Below are positions 1 to 12,416 of a stretch of 64,000 nucleotides of DNA, one piece after another. The translations under genes were made by a program, and so were the position numbers. Position 1 is the stretch's first letter, and each line of letters begins with the position of its first letter. Source of the stretch: Phoronis australis (Eukaryota; Animalia; Phoronida); assembly GCA_002633005.1 (NCBI GenBank), contig NMRA01000320.1:293328-357327 (forward strand), written 5' to 3'. Under the pieces are notes generated by a model, which searched no databases, was not told the origin of the DNA, and saw only the letters and a program-made list of their open reading frames with translations.

Positions 1-604
1 TACAAAGTGTTACCACATGATAAACAATTCAAACTAAAGGAACTATCGGCCAGATAAACCGAATGTTGTCCTATACCAGAGAAGTTTCGTTAATCCAATA
101 GGGACAGAGTCATCATCACGTGCAATCGTACACATATCAAAAAACAACTTGCGATCGTTATGAGTCCAAATGACATTTGTAGGTACTCTAGCATTGGAAT
201 AGAGTTTCATGACTGCAAAACGCGCAATCTTTCCAAAATATAATCTGCTGTTCCATTAAACATAAAATTAAAGTATCTCTTGGATTTTTCAAAATTTCTC
301 CATAACATTTTGGTAAAATACCTGTTAGTTGACTGAATGAATGAGTGAGCAACACACGATAGAAAACCCATACGTAACATCCTCCCTTATACTGCTTAGC
401 GTTTGTTATAATATATTACAAGAATTATTGACTTTCGCACTCGCATGTAGGCTTTCAGATCCTCGGTCATGGTCACATTTTCGGATCTGGAAACCTTCGT
501 GAAAGCCAGTAATCGTATAGACAATCTATAGGCCTAGACATGTTCTATGATTTTCCCTTTTGATTATAAGTAATCTTCATTGTCGTACATTGCCGGAATC
601 TTAA

Positions 605-795
605 TTATTGAAATTGTCCATAATTGCCTAAATTCGCCGCTTCTGACCACGCAGGATACGCAGCACCGTCCATTTCTGGTGCAAAATGGTTGGTGTCCAA
701 TAGGCGGTGATTCATACCACCAATCTTTTCCTTGCATTCTGGGCATGTGCTTTCCTCGGATGCTCCACCGCATTCACCTATGGCGTACACATGAT
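605..795 (-). CDS. ZNFX1: ZNFX1-like paralog A, terminal exon (RZ-type zinc finger)
   Basis: Acceptor TTTTTCAG| at 797-796, phase 1. Joined to the phase-1 donor at 3140 it reads WFKCPN-N-HVYAIGECGGASEESTCPECKEKIGG...EMDGAAYPAWS, the ZNFX1/RNF213 RZ-finger C-terminus. Confidence 0.93.
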
Positions 796-973
796 CTGAA
801 AAAGATGTGGTCAATGTTTAATAGAATACGATTGAACTGATTCCAATGTGAAACATCTTGTACAGTTTTTAGTCGTTCTTAAGTAATTTTCCAACAACGT
901 ATATTCTACTGTAAGAGGTAAAACCCTGGAATGAACCTTCATCTAGGTTTAGAATTTGGCACAGTGCTATTTG

Positions 974-2887
974 GCTATACTTCCGGAGCAAGTTTTCAGA
1001 TATACAGAATTGATTGAACACATCACACTTTTCATTGTTGGCAGTCTTTATTCCGTTACGTTCATATCTTCGGAATAAAACTTTACTCTCAACGGAACAC
1101 AGATAAAGTAACTGACCTAGCGACATAATTAAAAGGTACACGATATTTCGAAACACACTTGTTTCATTCTCAAGGGAAGATAAAATGACGCAGTAATGCC
1201 ACCACAGAGCAAAAACTGATGACACACACAGTTGGACACGGGGTGTGTGAAATACTGCAAAGAATGACTAATGAAGGGGGAGGGGGTAACAGGAAAGTCA
1301 CGCAAACAAGTGTAACGGGCAGCGCGACCCTGTATGCTGCTCATTCAAAGCAGACTTCTCAAATGCAATCAAAAAAGACTCCAATACTTTCAACCGCAGC
1401 ACATCGTGCTCTACGTACCTAATTGACGTGTTTTCCACGATTTCTTGACGGGTGATTTTACGTTTGTGACATTGCAGAAGATGATTTTGGATAGATACAT
1501 AGATAACCGACGGGAAAGACGGCAAACCGTTTGACCAATGTAACATTATTTGACGTCTGAACTAAGACATTCGTTCATAGGGCATACAAACTCATAAACA
1601 ACACTACACTGGTTAACGGGGCGGACTTTCGCTTTACAAATGTTATTTTTCATGACCAAGTTGGAGGACTTCCTATTCCGATAATAAATAATAACATCGA
1701 GGTAATCATCAGGCTTACAAACTTTAACATCATCTCTAATAATTTTCTTAATGGCGTGTTCGTCCTGGAGGTAATTATTAGACATTACATTTTTGTAAAA
1801 TATCTTTTTGGTCACACCTGTCCGGCGTGCAGGGACTTCATAGTTAGTTCTGGACACGAATCGCTTAATATAGAAGTCTACAAAAGCATTGGTGTACCCA
1901 TTATGCACCAGTGTTGTCTTATGCGATCTACCTCTTGATTAAACAATAGCCAGTTGGACGACACCGAATACGCCCTCTTTAAGAAGTTGATCAAAACTTC
2001 GACCTTATACCGCTCAGGGCACTCACTTTTGGCGTGGAGACAGAAACCTTTATCAGTAGGCTTGTGGTAAACTGATGTAGAAAATTCGGATGGAGAATGG
2101 TTCACAAGAACGTCCAAAAACGGAATCTTGTCATTTACGGGAAGCTCGTGGGTAAACTTCAATACAGAGTGACGCTCAAGTTCATCCCGTACTGATAACA
2201 AGTCATCAAAAGCACAATAAACAAAAATATCATCTACATGGCGTGTCCGCCCCGTTACCCAATGTTGTGTTGTGTGTGAGTTTGTATGCCCTATGAACAA
2301 ATGTATTCGTTAACGAATGTCTTCGTTCAAACGTCAAACAATGCTACATTGGTCAAACGGTTTGCCGTCTTTCCAGTCGGTTTTCTATGCATCTTCAAAA
2401 TGGCGCCATCATAGATTCATTTTCTGCAATGTCACAAACGTAAAATCACCTGTCAAGAAATCGTGTAAATCACGCTAATTCGGTGCGTAGAGCACGATGT
2501 GCTGCGGTTGAAAGTATTAGAGTCCCTTTTAATTGCATTTGAGAAGCCTGGTTGGAATGAGCAGGAAACAGGGTCGCGCCGCACGTTACACTTGTTTGCG
2601 TGAATATCCTGTTAGACCCCTTCATTAGTCATCCTTTGCAGTATTTCACACCCGCCGTGTCCCACTGTGTGTGTCATCAACTTTTGCACTGTAGTGGCAT
2701 TACTGCGTCATTTATCTTCACTTGAGAATGAAACAAGTATGTTTCGAAATATCGTGTGCCTTTTAATTATGTCGCTAGGTCAGTTACTTTATCTATGTTC
2801 CGTTGAGAGTAGTTTTATGTCGAAGATATCAACGTAACGGAATAAAGACTGTCAACAATGAAAAGTGTCGTGTGTTCAATCAATTCA
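974..2887 (-). mobile_element. Truncated Penelope-like retroelement (RT C-terminus + GIY-YIG) with inverted terminal duplication, in intron 3 of ZNFX1-A
   Basis: ORFs 1878-2300 and 1546-1908 give HVDDIF, LKFTHE, IPFLDVLV, SVYHKPT, then VVYEFVC...YIGQT..RLSRRL (GIY-YIG), with frameshifts and stops. About 1007-1627 is inverted at about 2245-2886. A 13-bp direct repeat ACAGTGCTATTTG lies at 961-973 and 2888-2900. Confidence 0.85.
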
Positions 2888-3139
2888 ACAGTGCTATTTG
2901 TGAATAAATTAAATGCCCTTCGTACTACTGGCATACTGAACAAGGTGGTCCTTATTATGTTCTCTTTTTCTTTTCCTATGTAAGATAACTTCATGAGAAA
3001 CCTAACTAAAAGACGAAAAGTATCATTCCTAGATTCTCACAGCAAACCATATTCTGGGATGTTCATTCGCAATTTTCGTCTATTCATAAGCAGATTAGGT
3101 AGTAAAATTTTCCACTAATGAAAACAATCAATTACTTAC

Positions 3140-6100
3140 TATTTGGACATTTGAACCAATGGCCTTTTCTTCCAAACCCCATAGCTTTCACTATCTGTAC
3201 TCGGTCTTCGTCAGTAATTCCAAGTCCACCAACCAATTTATTAACTTCCTGTAACTTTGCCTTGATTTCTTTCTCAAGCTCACTATCCACACGCCTCCCA
3301 TTCGTTAATATGAGACCGACTTCACTGAGCAGTACATCAACTTCAGGCGGTTTGTTGTGGTTACTGCTCATGCGCAGGATGTGGTAGTTAACAGTTAAAG
3401 ACATTCGTACGAGTTCTGTGTTTATGTCACTGGTTTCTTGATCACTGATGTGATTGCGTGACTTCACAACAAATTCTTCCAGCTCACTCAGGTCTGCAAG
3501 CAATGCATAACCGACATTTTCATCACCAGTGCATACATTTTCTTGACGTGCATTTATTCCCTCATCCAACCCTGGATGTTTTGACAGCCTCTCAATTCCG
3601 TCGAATGTGGCCCACTTTAAAATGTCTTTCTTCACTTTGTTTCCAAGAGATCTAATTTGCTTTACGAAGGCAAACTGATTCTTTAAAACATAAAATTTCA
3701 TCATGGAAAGAGTGCAGTATGGTCGTTCCAACATAGGTAACAACTCATTTAAAAGTGAATCAGGACCAGACGTCATTAGTTCTTCACGCAGAGTATCGAC
3801 TTCTTTTTTCAAGATGTCATCATCTCCAACCATTTGTCTTTTCACCGCTTCAATATCTACAAGTATCTGGTTGAGGATTGTTCCGTATCTTCGATTGCAC
3901 CTGATAACTGTTTTACATCTTGGGCATGTCTTCATTTGAATCTCAACTTTACCGCTACTGGTATCTTCAGCGAGGTCCATCCACTTGTCTAATCCGGACA
4001 TCTCAAAGACATGACCACAGTCTTCTAGCTCCACAAACAGGGCGCTTTCCTCGTCCTCGTTTCCAAAAAAGATTTCTGTCACCTCATTTTTGTCACATAT
4101 GCGACACAGTTTTGGGCAAATTTCCCCACAGATGCCAATACATGGATGACCACACTTTAGAACCGACCTGCACGGCTGATCACACCGTGGTCTGTTGCAG
4201 GGCTCGCTACAAAGCATATCGCATTTGTGGTGTCTACAGCCCCATTCACAGCGTTCTTTACAAGGTATGCACGGTTTGCCACACTGGCGGGTGCATTTAC
4301 TATGTTTGCACCTGTTCTGACATAGCTCCTGGCACGGTGGGCAATTGCTTGTGCAAGGTTCTTTGCAAAAATGACCACAGACAAGCGTACGTCCACAGCT
4401 TTGTTTACAAGAAACATGTAGACGACCCTGCCGGCATGTGCCACACGTACCAACACAGTCGTGGCCACACAAAAGCTTTGTCTGGCACGTTTGGGGACAT
4501 TTGAAATTATCGGAATTCCAGTAACATTCCATTTCCACGTTGTGGCCGCATGGCCCCTGTCGAGTGACAACTTCAGAACATTTTAGTGTGCATGGTTCTC
4601 CGCATTTCTTTTTACACGTGTGACCGCACCCTGTAAGAAACTTGATGCACTTTTCCTGGCAGGTAAACTCAGAAGGGTGCACGTGACATTCCATCAGCTG
4701 TTCATGACCACATGTTGGCATTTTCTTAGGCACACGGATCGCACATGGGTCACACATCTGATAGCATTTCTTCTTGCACTTGTGGTTGTAAGTGCATAGC
4801 TTCTTGTCACACACTTTCTTGCATTTGATTGTATAGTGTTCGTCACGGTGACACCTTTTCGGACAGCTGTGACCACACTCTAGGCGAACGGTACACGGTT
4901 GGGTACAACCTCCGTCGGGAGCTTTCCTGAAATCTTCAGCACTCTTTGCATGAATTGTCTTATCCTTATGGTTCTCACAGCGCAATATCAATTCATTTCC
5001 TATGAACTTTTCTTGCTTTGCTATTCTCACTAAATCTCTCCACAACGTTGTTTTAATGTTCGATTCGAGAAGATCAAAATTCCCAATTACGAACATTCCC
5101 TTTCGTGCTCGAGAGAGAGCAACGCAGACACGATTTTCAACAGACAGGAAACCAATATTTCCATTAGGGTTGCTACGCACCAAGGACAGAAGGATGATAT
5201 CATTTTCTTCACCTTGGAAGTTGTCAACTGTTGTTGAACGTACACCAGTGAGGCATTCACTCCTTTTCATGTACTCCTGTATCTTCAACAACTGATCGAA
5301 GTAGAATGTTAGTACCGTAATTTGACTGACTGAGTAACCTTGTAAAACCAGATAACGGCACAGAGCAGTAATGTACTTGGCTTCGTGAATGTTCGATTTG
5401 CCTTTCAGTTCTTCGCTGAACGTCTCGTGGTGACCATGGTTGATGAAGAAAAGGTTTTTCGATACTCCCCTGATGTCATCAAAATTATTCACGCTGTCGT
5501 CATTTTCCAAATCTGGATATATTGGTCTCATTAGCTTTGCAATTATCGGTCGCATTCTGTGCTGACGTTGCAAACAGTTGTGAGCAATGTTGTTTACAAC
5601 TAATCTCTCAAACAAAGATATTTCGAGATTAAACCTCTTTGCCAATTCGTCCACATTAGCACTAGGTCGAAGTTGTTTATGGTCACCAATAAGAATAAGA
5701 TGTTGACAACCTTCACTAAGTGAGGTAACGATGTGAGCTTCAAATACCTCTGCTGCCTCTTCAACTATCACGATCTTTGGTTTAATTTGCTGAAGAGCCG
5801 CTTTGTATTTAGCAGCGCACGTTGTAGTCATTCCAAGAATTGTAGAGCTTCTCATAATATGCACATCGTTTTGCATATTAATTTCTTGAAGTCGTTGGTA
5901 CTCGCGATCATATCGTCTCTGCAGGCTTCGTATGTTATCTTTCAAATTCCGGATGTATTTGTTGATCCAGAAGCGATACAGTCTCCTGCGGTCTACTACA
6001 GAAAGTGTCCACACGTCAGTAACACGTCCCACTTCCACTTCTGTCATAGCGTCAGTGTTGTGCATTATTTCCATTATTTTATTCCTTCCATCCTTGTTAT

Positions 6101-8599
6101 TGTCTTGAATTCTCCACACGATGTGATCAATTTGATCTGGGTCGATTTTATTCACGTTTACTTCCCAAGTTTTTTTTGCTTTTGCGCGATTAATTATACA
6201 ACGTAAATCCTCTGGTTGAACTGCTGTCATGTTATCGTCACCAATGTCATTAATGGCAGTTGCTTCTTCATTGCTGTTTTCGTCTACGTCTTCATAACCT
6301 GCATATGCGCGATTAAGTGTACAACGTAAATCCTCTTGTTGAACTGGTGTCACATTATCGTCATCAATGTCATCTATGTACAACTGATCTTGCATGGTAG
6401 CTGCGTCTTCTACCAGAAATTCTTCATAATCGTCATTGCTGTTTTCGTCTACGTCTTCATAACCTGCATTTGCGCGATTAAGTTTACAACGTAAATCCTC
6501 TTGTTGAACTGGTGTCATGTTAGTGTCATCAACGTTTTCGTCTACGTCTTCATGATCTGCATTAGTGCGATTAAGTTTACAACGTAAATCCTCTTGTTGA
6601 ACTGGTGTCATGTTATTGTCATCAACGTCATCTATGTACAACTGATCTTGCATGGTAGCTGCGTCTTCCACCAGAATATCTTCCCAATAATCATTGCTGT
6701 TGTCGTCTACGTCTTCTGGACCTTCTTGGTGTTCATCACACACATCCTTTCCTGTTGAAAGGCCAAGCCAATCCAAAAAAACAGACCACGGTGGATTAGT
6801 GTTCATCCGAAGACCGTCGCACATTTCGTTATATTTGGATCCTTCGAGATAAGTACCCTTACTATTAGATTTTCTGGTTGCTATATCATTGATCAGGAAA
6901 CCTTCGTACAGATGGTCGCCCATGAAGTCTTTTACATAATCGATTTTAACATAACTCTTCGTTTCTTCAATACGAGCAGTCATCCGATTAATATTATTCC
7001 GCAAAGAATTCATTTTTATTCTTGTATCTCGCAAACCGCGGAATATGAGCATTGGTGTGACCTTGTTTCGTTTTTTCTCCTTCCTTAGGTTTTTCAAAAT
7101 GCAGTTTTGAAGGACAGTGCTTTTACTTCGCCCCCCAACTCTTACAATTCCACTTTTTTCAAATTTGTGAATTCCTTCTAGAAATTGATCTAAAGCGTGG
7201 TTCGTATAGCAGACGATGAAAATTGGGGTGTTGTCGTTTGTATCTTCCCTATCACGCCAGTGCGTTTTGTTGCGAAGAAGAACTTCTACAATCTTCAGAC
7301 CAACGTACGTTTTGCCGGTACCAGGAGGACCTTGAATAACAGCAAGCTCTTTGGTAAGCGCTGTCCTAACTGCCTCAAGCTGAGAATCGTCGAAATACTC
7401 TGAACGAGGCCAATGAGTGGTCGTCAATAGGGGCGTAGATACGCTTTCTTTAAACAGGGGAGTGAGGTCATATGACTCAACATACTTATCCAATAAGTAT
7501 GCAGGCGGTTTTATTTTCGACAGTTCGCATTTAATAATGTATTTCTGAAAGGGAAAGTTGGTCTCGTTCATATGTTGAAGAGCTTTCAAAACATGGCGAT
7601 ACGCTTCAAAATATGCTGAAGTTTCGACCATCGTAAAAATATCACCTGCCGTCAAACCGGTCCACTCACTGTGGTCATTGTGGTGACTTTCGAATCGAAC
7701 TTCAAGTTCTCCATTAACTAGATCTTTAGGTTCCCTATTAGAAACAGTGGCGAACAATAATGTTTTGAAATCATCGTTTGAAAGACACAAGAGTGCACCA
7801 AATATCAGACGTTTCGAAATTTTCCAATTAATTCTTTTCATTTTACTCACATCAAACTTAATTCGATACGTTATACCGTTGTGTGCGCAGACAGGATGCA
7901 GGACGCGGACCCCATGGTAAAATTTTACGTTTTGCATTTGACTTGCAGAACCTGGTTTTGTTTTGATATCCAAATATTCTTCGATACTTTCTCGCAGTGG
8001 TCCGACAAAATCCTCGCAAAGTAAACGAAAATGAATATCGAGATATGTCTCGACATCTTGGAACTTCCCTTGAACTTTGTTTGCCCTGAGAAATGGTTTT
8101 TTGTTTGTCATATCCTCTATCTGTGGGAATATAGACTTGTCCCGTAAAGAATCCGGCCATTCAGCAGCAGTTCCCCCTTCTGCATCCCGAGCACGTGTGC
8201 AAAATTGCTGGGCGAGGTTGTTGCGTAACTGAATAACCTTTGACAACTCTTCTTCTATTTGTTGTGTTACAATAGCGCTAGTGCTCCCGAGAGATTTGAT
8301 CTGTCCATCGATGTGATTTACAACCAACATGACGTCAATATAAGATTCGGGCACACGAGTCAACAGCACTTTTAAAATGATAAGAAGGGATAATAGTGGT
8401 CTCTGAAATGAGCACTGGCGATCAAAGGACTGTTCCATTGACATCTCCGTTAAGTAATTAGGAATGACACTCTTCATGAAGCTGGAGTTTCGAATGATAT
8501 CCAAAAGTTTAGACTGATGACTCGGGTATGAGCTCTGAGAGCAAGCCTTTTCAAGGATTCCAAGGAGACGAACAGTCCTGTCAGGTTTCATAACGTCAA
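3140..8599 (-). CDS. ZNFX1: ZNFX1-like paralog A, large exon: SF1 (UPF1-like) helicase, NF-X1 zinc fingers, RING-like region
   Basis: 1819-aa ORF with YLDIHFRLLCED, KRLIFGALLCLS, Walker A GPPGTGKT, YTNHALDQFLE, Walker B VEEAAE, IGDHKQLRP, TVDNFQGEE, NRVCVALSRAR, repeated CGH fingers and DCGHVFE...CPRC. Acceptor TTCTTTCAG| at 8601-8600 and donor A|GTAAGT at 3140, both phase 1. Confidence 0.96.
6175..6720 (-). repeat. In-frame acidic tandem repeat inside ZNFX1-A
   Basis: Four copies of DDxN(M/V)T(P/A)VQ(Q/P)EDLRCxxNR and two of LVEDAATMQDQLYIDD; near-identical DNA (acaacgtaaatcctc...tgaactg x4). Confidence 0.95.
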
Positions 8600-8885
8600 C
8601 TGAAAGAACAGATTACAAACTTTGTGGTATTGAACAAATCATCAAATTGTCTTCAAATTTAAAGCTGTTGATTAGTTGTACAGCCACCCATGCGTGCTGT
8701 TACTTTTACAACTTACCCGTCCTCTTAAAAAAGTACTCAAGTATTTTTTTTCGCATTTGATTAAAAAACTGTGCACGCATTTCACATTGGAAAATTACAA
8801 CACTGCAGGTATCATAGAATTTCATGAGCATACCAACTTTTTCACAACAGGAATTACAATGCCATGTACAAGTCATGAAGTCGAG

Positions 8886-8887
<2 letters not shown>

Positions 8888-8923
<36 letters not shown>

Positions 8924-8970
8924 CACACACACACACCCGCACACGCACACGCACACACACTCGCCACACC
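8888..8970. repeat. (CA)n microsatellite
   Basis: Directly visible CA run with occasional CG. Confidence 0.97.
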
Positions 8971-9049
8971 CATAGCAAGGATCAATCAATGGTTATTAGA
9001 AAAACAATGGCGCCATAGGGGTCTATCTATCATTGGAACTATTTTGTTA

Positions 9050-12030
9050 GCAAGTTTTTGAATGTATAAGTTTTCCTATATTAAATATAGATTTCTTGAG
9101 CGAAGGTAAATAATTTTTTTCTTAAACGCATGTTGTGGATGTGTAAATTTGCCAGGCAAATCAAGAGATACACATTTTTTATCTTTTCCAAAAAGTTCAT
9201 AGAAATGAAATTTAAGGCAATTCCCGTTTTAGTATAATTTGGCAGCAATGCCTCTTAACGAACTCTGCAATTCCTGTTTTATGTAAAATCCAGTTTCGAA
9301 AGGAGTCGCAAAAGAACTGAAAAACATTGCAAACCAAAGGAGATGGATTAAAATTTCTGGCTCCTTTTTACAAAAAGTGCACGAGTTTGAAGACAAGATT
9401 CCACTTTTACAAAGGAAGGTATTGAGACTAATTATTCCATGAATAAATCTCATCAATTTAACACCACATGTAAAACTAATAGAACCTTTGTATGCCTTTC
9501 TTCACCCGTCACTAGTTAAATCAAAATTCAAATTTAACTCCTATATAACTTATATTTTAGTTTAGGTTTTCTACAGAGCTGTTTATCAGAGACCACAGAT
9601 CTCTTATTTACTCATTTCTGTGATACTAAGTGAGTTAATTGTTTTTGATAGTGGGGAAGGTGTACATCAGAGTGGTCGTTTAGTGACCAATTGAGAAATT
9701 TAAGGAATGATTTTCTTAAACCAAGAAATGAGAAGTGAATGGTGGAAAGAAACGGAACGCTGTACAGAATTTTTGATATGACTTCAATTTACCCTCAGTA
9801 CAAAGAAGGTCAAATATATAACTAATGAAGAAAACATATTGACTGCTGATAAAAATGTTCGAATTATATTAAAGTGGTTCATATATCTACCATATTTATC
9901 CCCAGTGTGACGCCAGCAAATTATTCATAAGCATTGAGTGAATGCTTCTTTCCAGAACTTGTTTCTGATGCCTTTTTGACAATGTTCAAAGAAATGTTCA
10001 CCAAAATGTGAGGAGTTACAGACAGAAAAAGGTTTGTTTAGTTTCAAAATATGAATCCATAGTTCATCACCATCTGTAATTAATTTCTGTTGCCATGACA
10101 GCTTTATTAAAAAGTATAAACATGAATCATTTTGCAATCACCTTGTGAAAATTCTTGTATCATTGTGTCCCTTTTAAATCTGTCGTTTTTCCCTTTCCAA
10201 ATAAAATTGAAGAATAATTTTGTAAAAGAGCCAGTGTTTCCTTTGGGGGATAAGGTAGCGAAGTGAACAGGTGAACACGTGTTGGCAGAATAAATGACTT
10301 AATTATGGTTATCCTTCCAAGAGTAGTTACAGGTCTTCTCGACCAAGACAATAAATCTCTATGTATGTTATTAAAAAATTTTCTGTATAATTATACATCA
10401 ATATCTCACCTAGATTCACGCAATGTTTTATATCCAAAAGTGTAAAATGAGGTTTAGACCATGAAAGATCAGTTTCCTGACGTAGCTTATTTTTGTTCCA
10501 TTTCGAAGAGCCGATCCAAATACAATGCGTTTTTTGCGTAATGGGTTTTAAGCCCAAAAATTTATTGGCTTGTTTAAGTAGATCCAATGAATCTGTAAGA
10601 GAACAATAAAAACCATCTGGGGTAAGAACAGTGTAATCTGAGCTCTTATCCTCTACGTTGATTCCTTTTATAATATCATTTTGTCGAAACAAAATTACCA
10701 TGATTTCTCCACAAAACAGGAAAAGGTGTGGTGAAAGCGGGTAGCCTTGACGGTAGCTTCTACCTACTTGAAAGTACTCAGAATAAAGCCGTGTTGTATA
10801 ACACACATCCAAGCACCATTGTTTATCAATCGAATCCATTCATGGAACTGAACTCCAAAGTTGAAAAACTTCAGACAGTTGTATAAGAATTGCCACGAAA
10901 CTGGATCAAAGGCTTTGTTACTGCAGACTGCCATGTCATGTTATTCTGATTTACACGTACGAATACGCGTGTTTCCCGCCTTGCAACTAGACTTGTTACT
11001 GTATAGTTCTTGTGTCAGATGTCTCTCTCTCTCTCTGACTGCTTATTTTCGTGGCGTCTTTTTCGAATGTCATTCCACAAACGTATATGGTGGAGAAACG
11101 TCCAATGTACATACAGTTATTCAACGGAATTTTAGTTGGACTTGGGGCGATATCGGCGTAAGTGCTCGTGTTCATTCATATAAACTAGTTTATTTGCATT
11201 AATTGGTATATTAGTTTTCCCCTGTTCTGTCAGGTGTATTAACATTTTGAGCTCTTGCTATTAAGGTATGCTCTTTGCCCGTCGTCATTTTCCTGGACGT
11301 TGTCCGGAGAATTGAATTGTCATATACATGGTATAGCATTAGGTAACATGTAAATTTGAACATAGTTTTTTGTTATATTTCAGGTTACCTACTACTACTA
11401 CTTATTCTGCTGACAATAAAAGAGTAAAGCCCCCCAGATCCTCTTCTGTTTTGCTCCAACAGGCTTTCTGAAGTCTACCAGGACTAAAAGTATTGGAGTA
11501 TTTTTTCTTCAACATAATGCATCAAGTCATAAACAGCTGTAGTGTTTTCACCAATAAAACAGCCCTTGAATAAAATGAAAAGCTTTTTTGGTTTGAGTGT
11601 ATTAAACTATAACTGTTTTAACGCGATCGGCTATGCAACCCAAAAGACTCCTATAAGAACTGTTCAGCAAAGACATTGGTCTCCAGTTGGCTTATTATTC
11701 TCTTGGTTTATTAGACTTTGGAATAATAGAGATTATGCCTTGCGACTGAGATATTGGTAAATGACCAGTTTTGAAACTGTTATTATACAAGCATACTAAA
11801 AAATTGATAAATTTTTCCAAAACAACTTGAAAAAATCGGCTGGGAATCCGTCAAGACCGGGATTTTTTTTCATTTATCATGCTTTTGACAAATGGGCTTT
11901 GTCTACAGTTATCAGGCCATTAGTTTAGAGCTCACAGAGTCACTAAGCTCACTATAATATTCGGAAATTAAGAGGGTAGTTCGACTGATATTTTCCAGAG
12001 AACAATCTTTTGAAGCATATAGGGATTTAT
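9050..12030 (-). mobile_element. Degenerate, 5'-truncated L1/Tx1-clade LINE ORF2 in intron 2 of ZNFX1-A
   Basis: Fragmented translation KNPGLDGFPADFFKLFW, QGIISIIPK, NWRPMSLLN, FIGEN, DF-KAFD.VSW, GRSYRQGYPLSPHLF, TTLGRITIIKSFILP and C-terminal CTFCKKEPEILIHL; many stops and frameshifts. Ends approximate. Confidence 0.88.
10916..11461 (+). mobile_element. Solo LTR inserted in the L1 RT
   Basis: Begins TGTT and ends AACA, flanked by a 5-bp TSD GGCTT (10911-10915, 11462-11466). Splits the L1 DF/KAFD motif exactly. AATAAA near 11415. Confidence 0.8.
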
Positions 12031-12134
12031 AGCAGGTACCATAGAAGAATTTCATTCGCACAAGAAGTGATTACTAACTCCAAGTGATAATCAGCCAACG
12101 CAACCAGAACTAAAGCATATGTATCTGTGCCTAC

Positions 12135-12416
12135 CTTGTAGTAATTCTTTAAATCCACTTTTTGAGGACAGAAGAGCCACAATCGTCTCTTTGGAGTCAA
12201 GGGCTTCAATTTCTATCATCTTTCTGTAGCCCATGAATGGTTTGGTCCTTTCACTTTCTTGGCAGCAGTCGATTCGGTGCATTCCAAGATTGTTATGGTG
12301 AGAAGCTGTTTGCGGGCTGCATCTTAAACTATCTTCTGGTTTTGATCTTGATTGTCGGCTGTGTGCCACACGATCATCAGGTTTATGACGCGGTAGACTC
12401 CATGGTACACGATCTC
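12135..12416 (-). CDS. ZNFX1: ZNFX1-like paralog A, exon 2
   Basis: Acceptor TTTTTTCTTCTAG| and donor CAAG|GTAG, both phase 1. Encodes MGYRKMIEIEALDSKETIVALLSSKSGFKELLQ, like the ZNFX1 N-terminal helical start, and splices in frame to VDVMKPDRTVRLL. Confidence 0.85.

Noticed and set aside
1216-1260. Plus-strand CTGATGA...GAAA hammerhead
   Set aside because: No correctly placed NUH triplet or stem I, antisense to the PLE, and the core is altered in the second arm.
3458-7403. Short plus-strand ORFs antisense to ZNFX1 exons (also 56726-61517)
   Set aside because: Shadow ORFs with no recognisable motifs.
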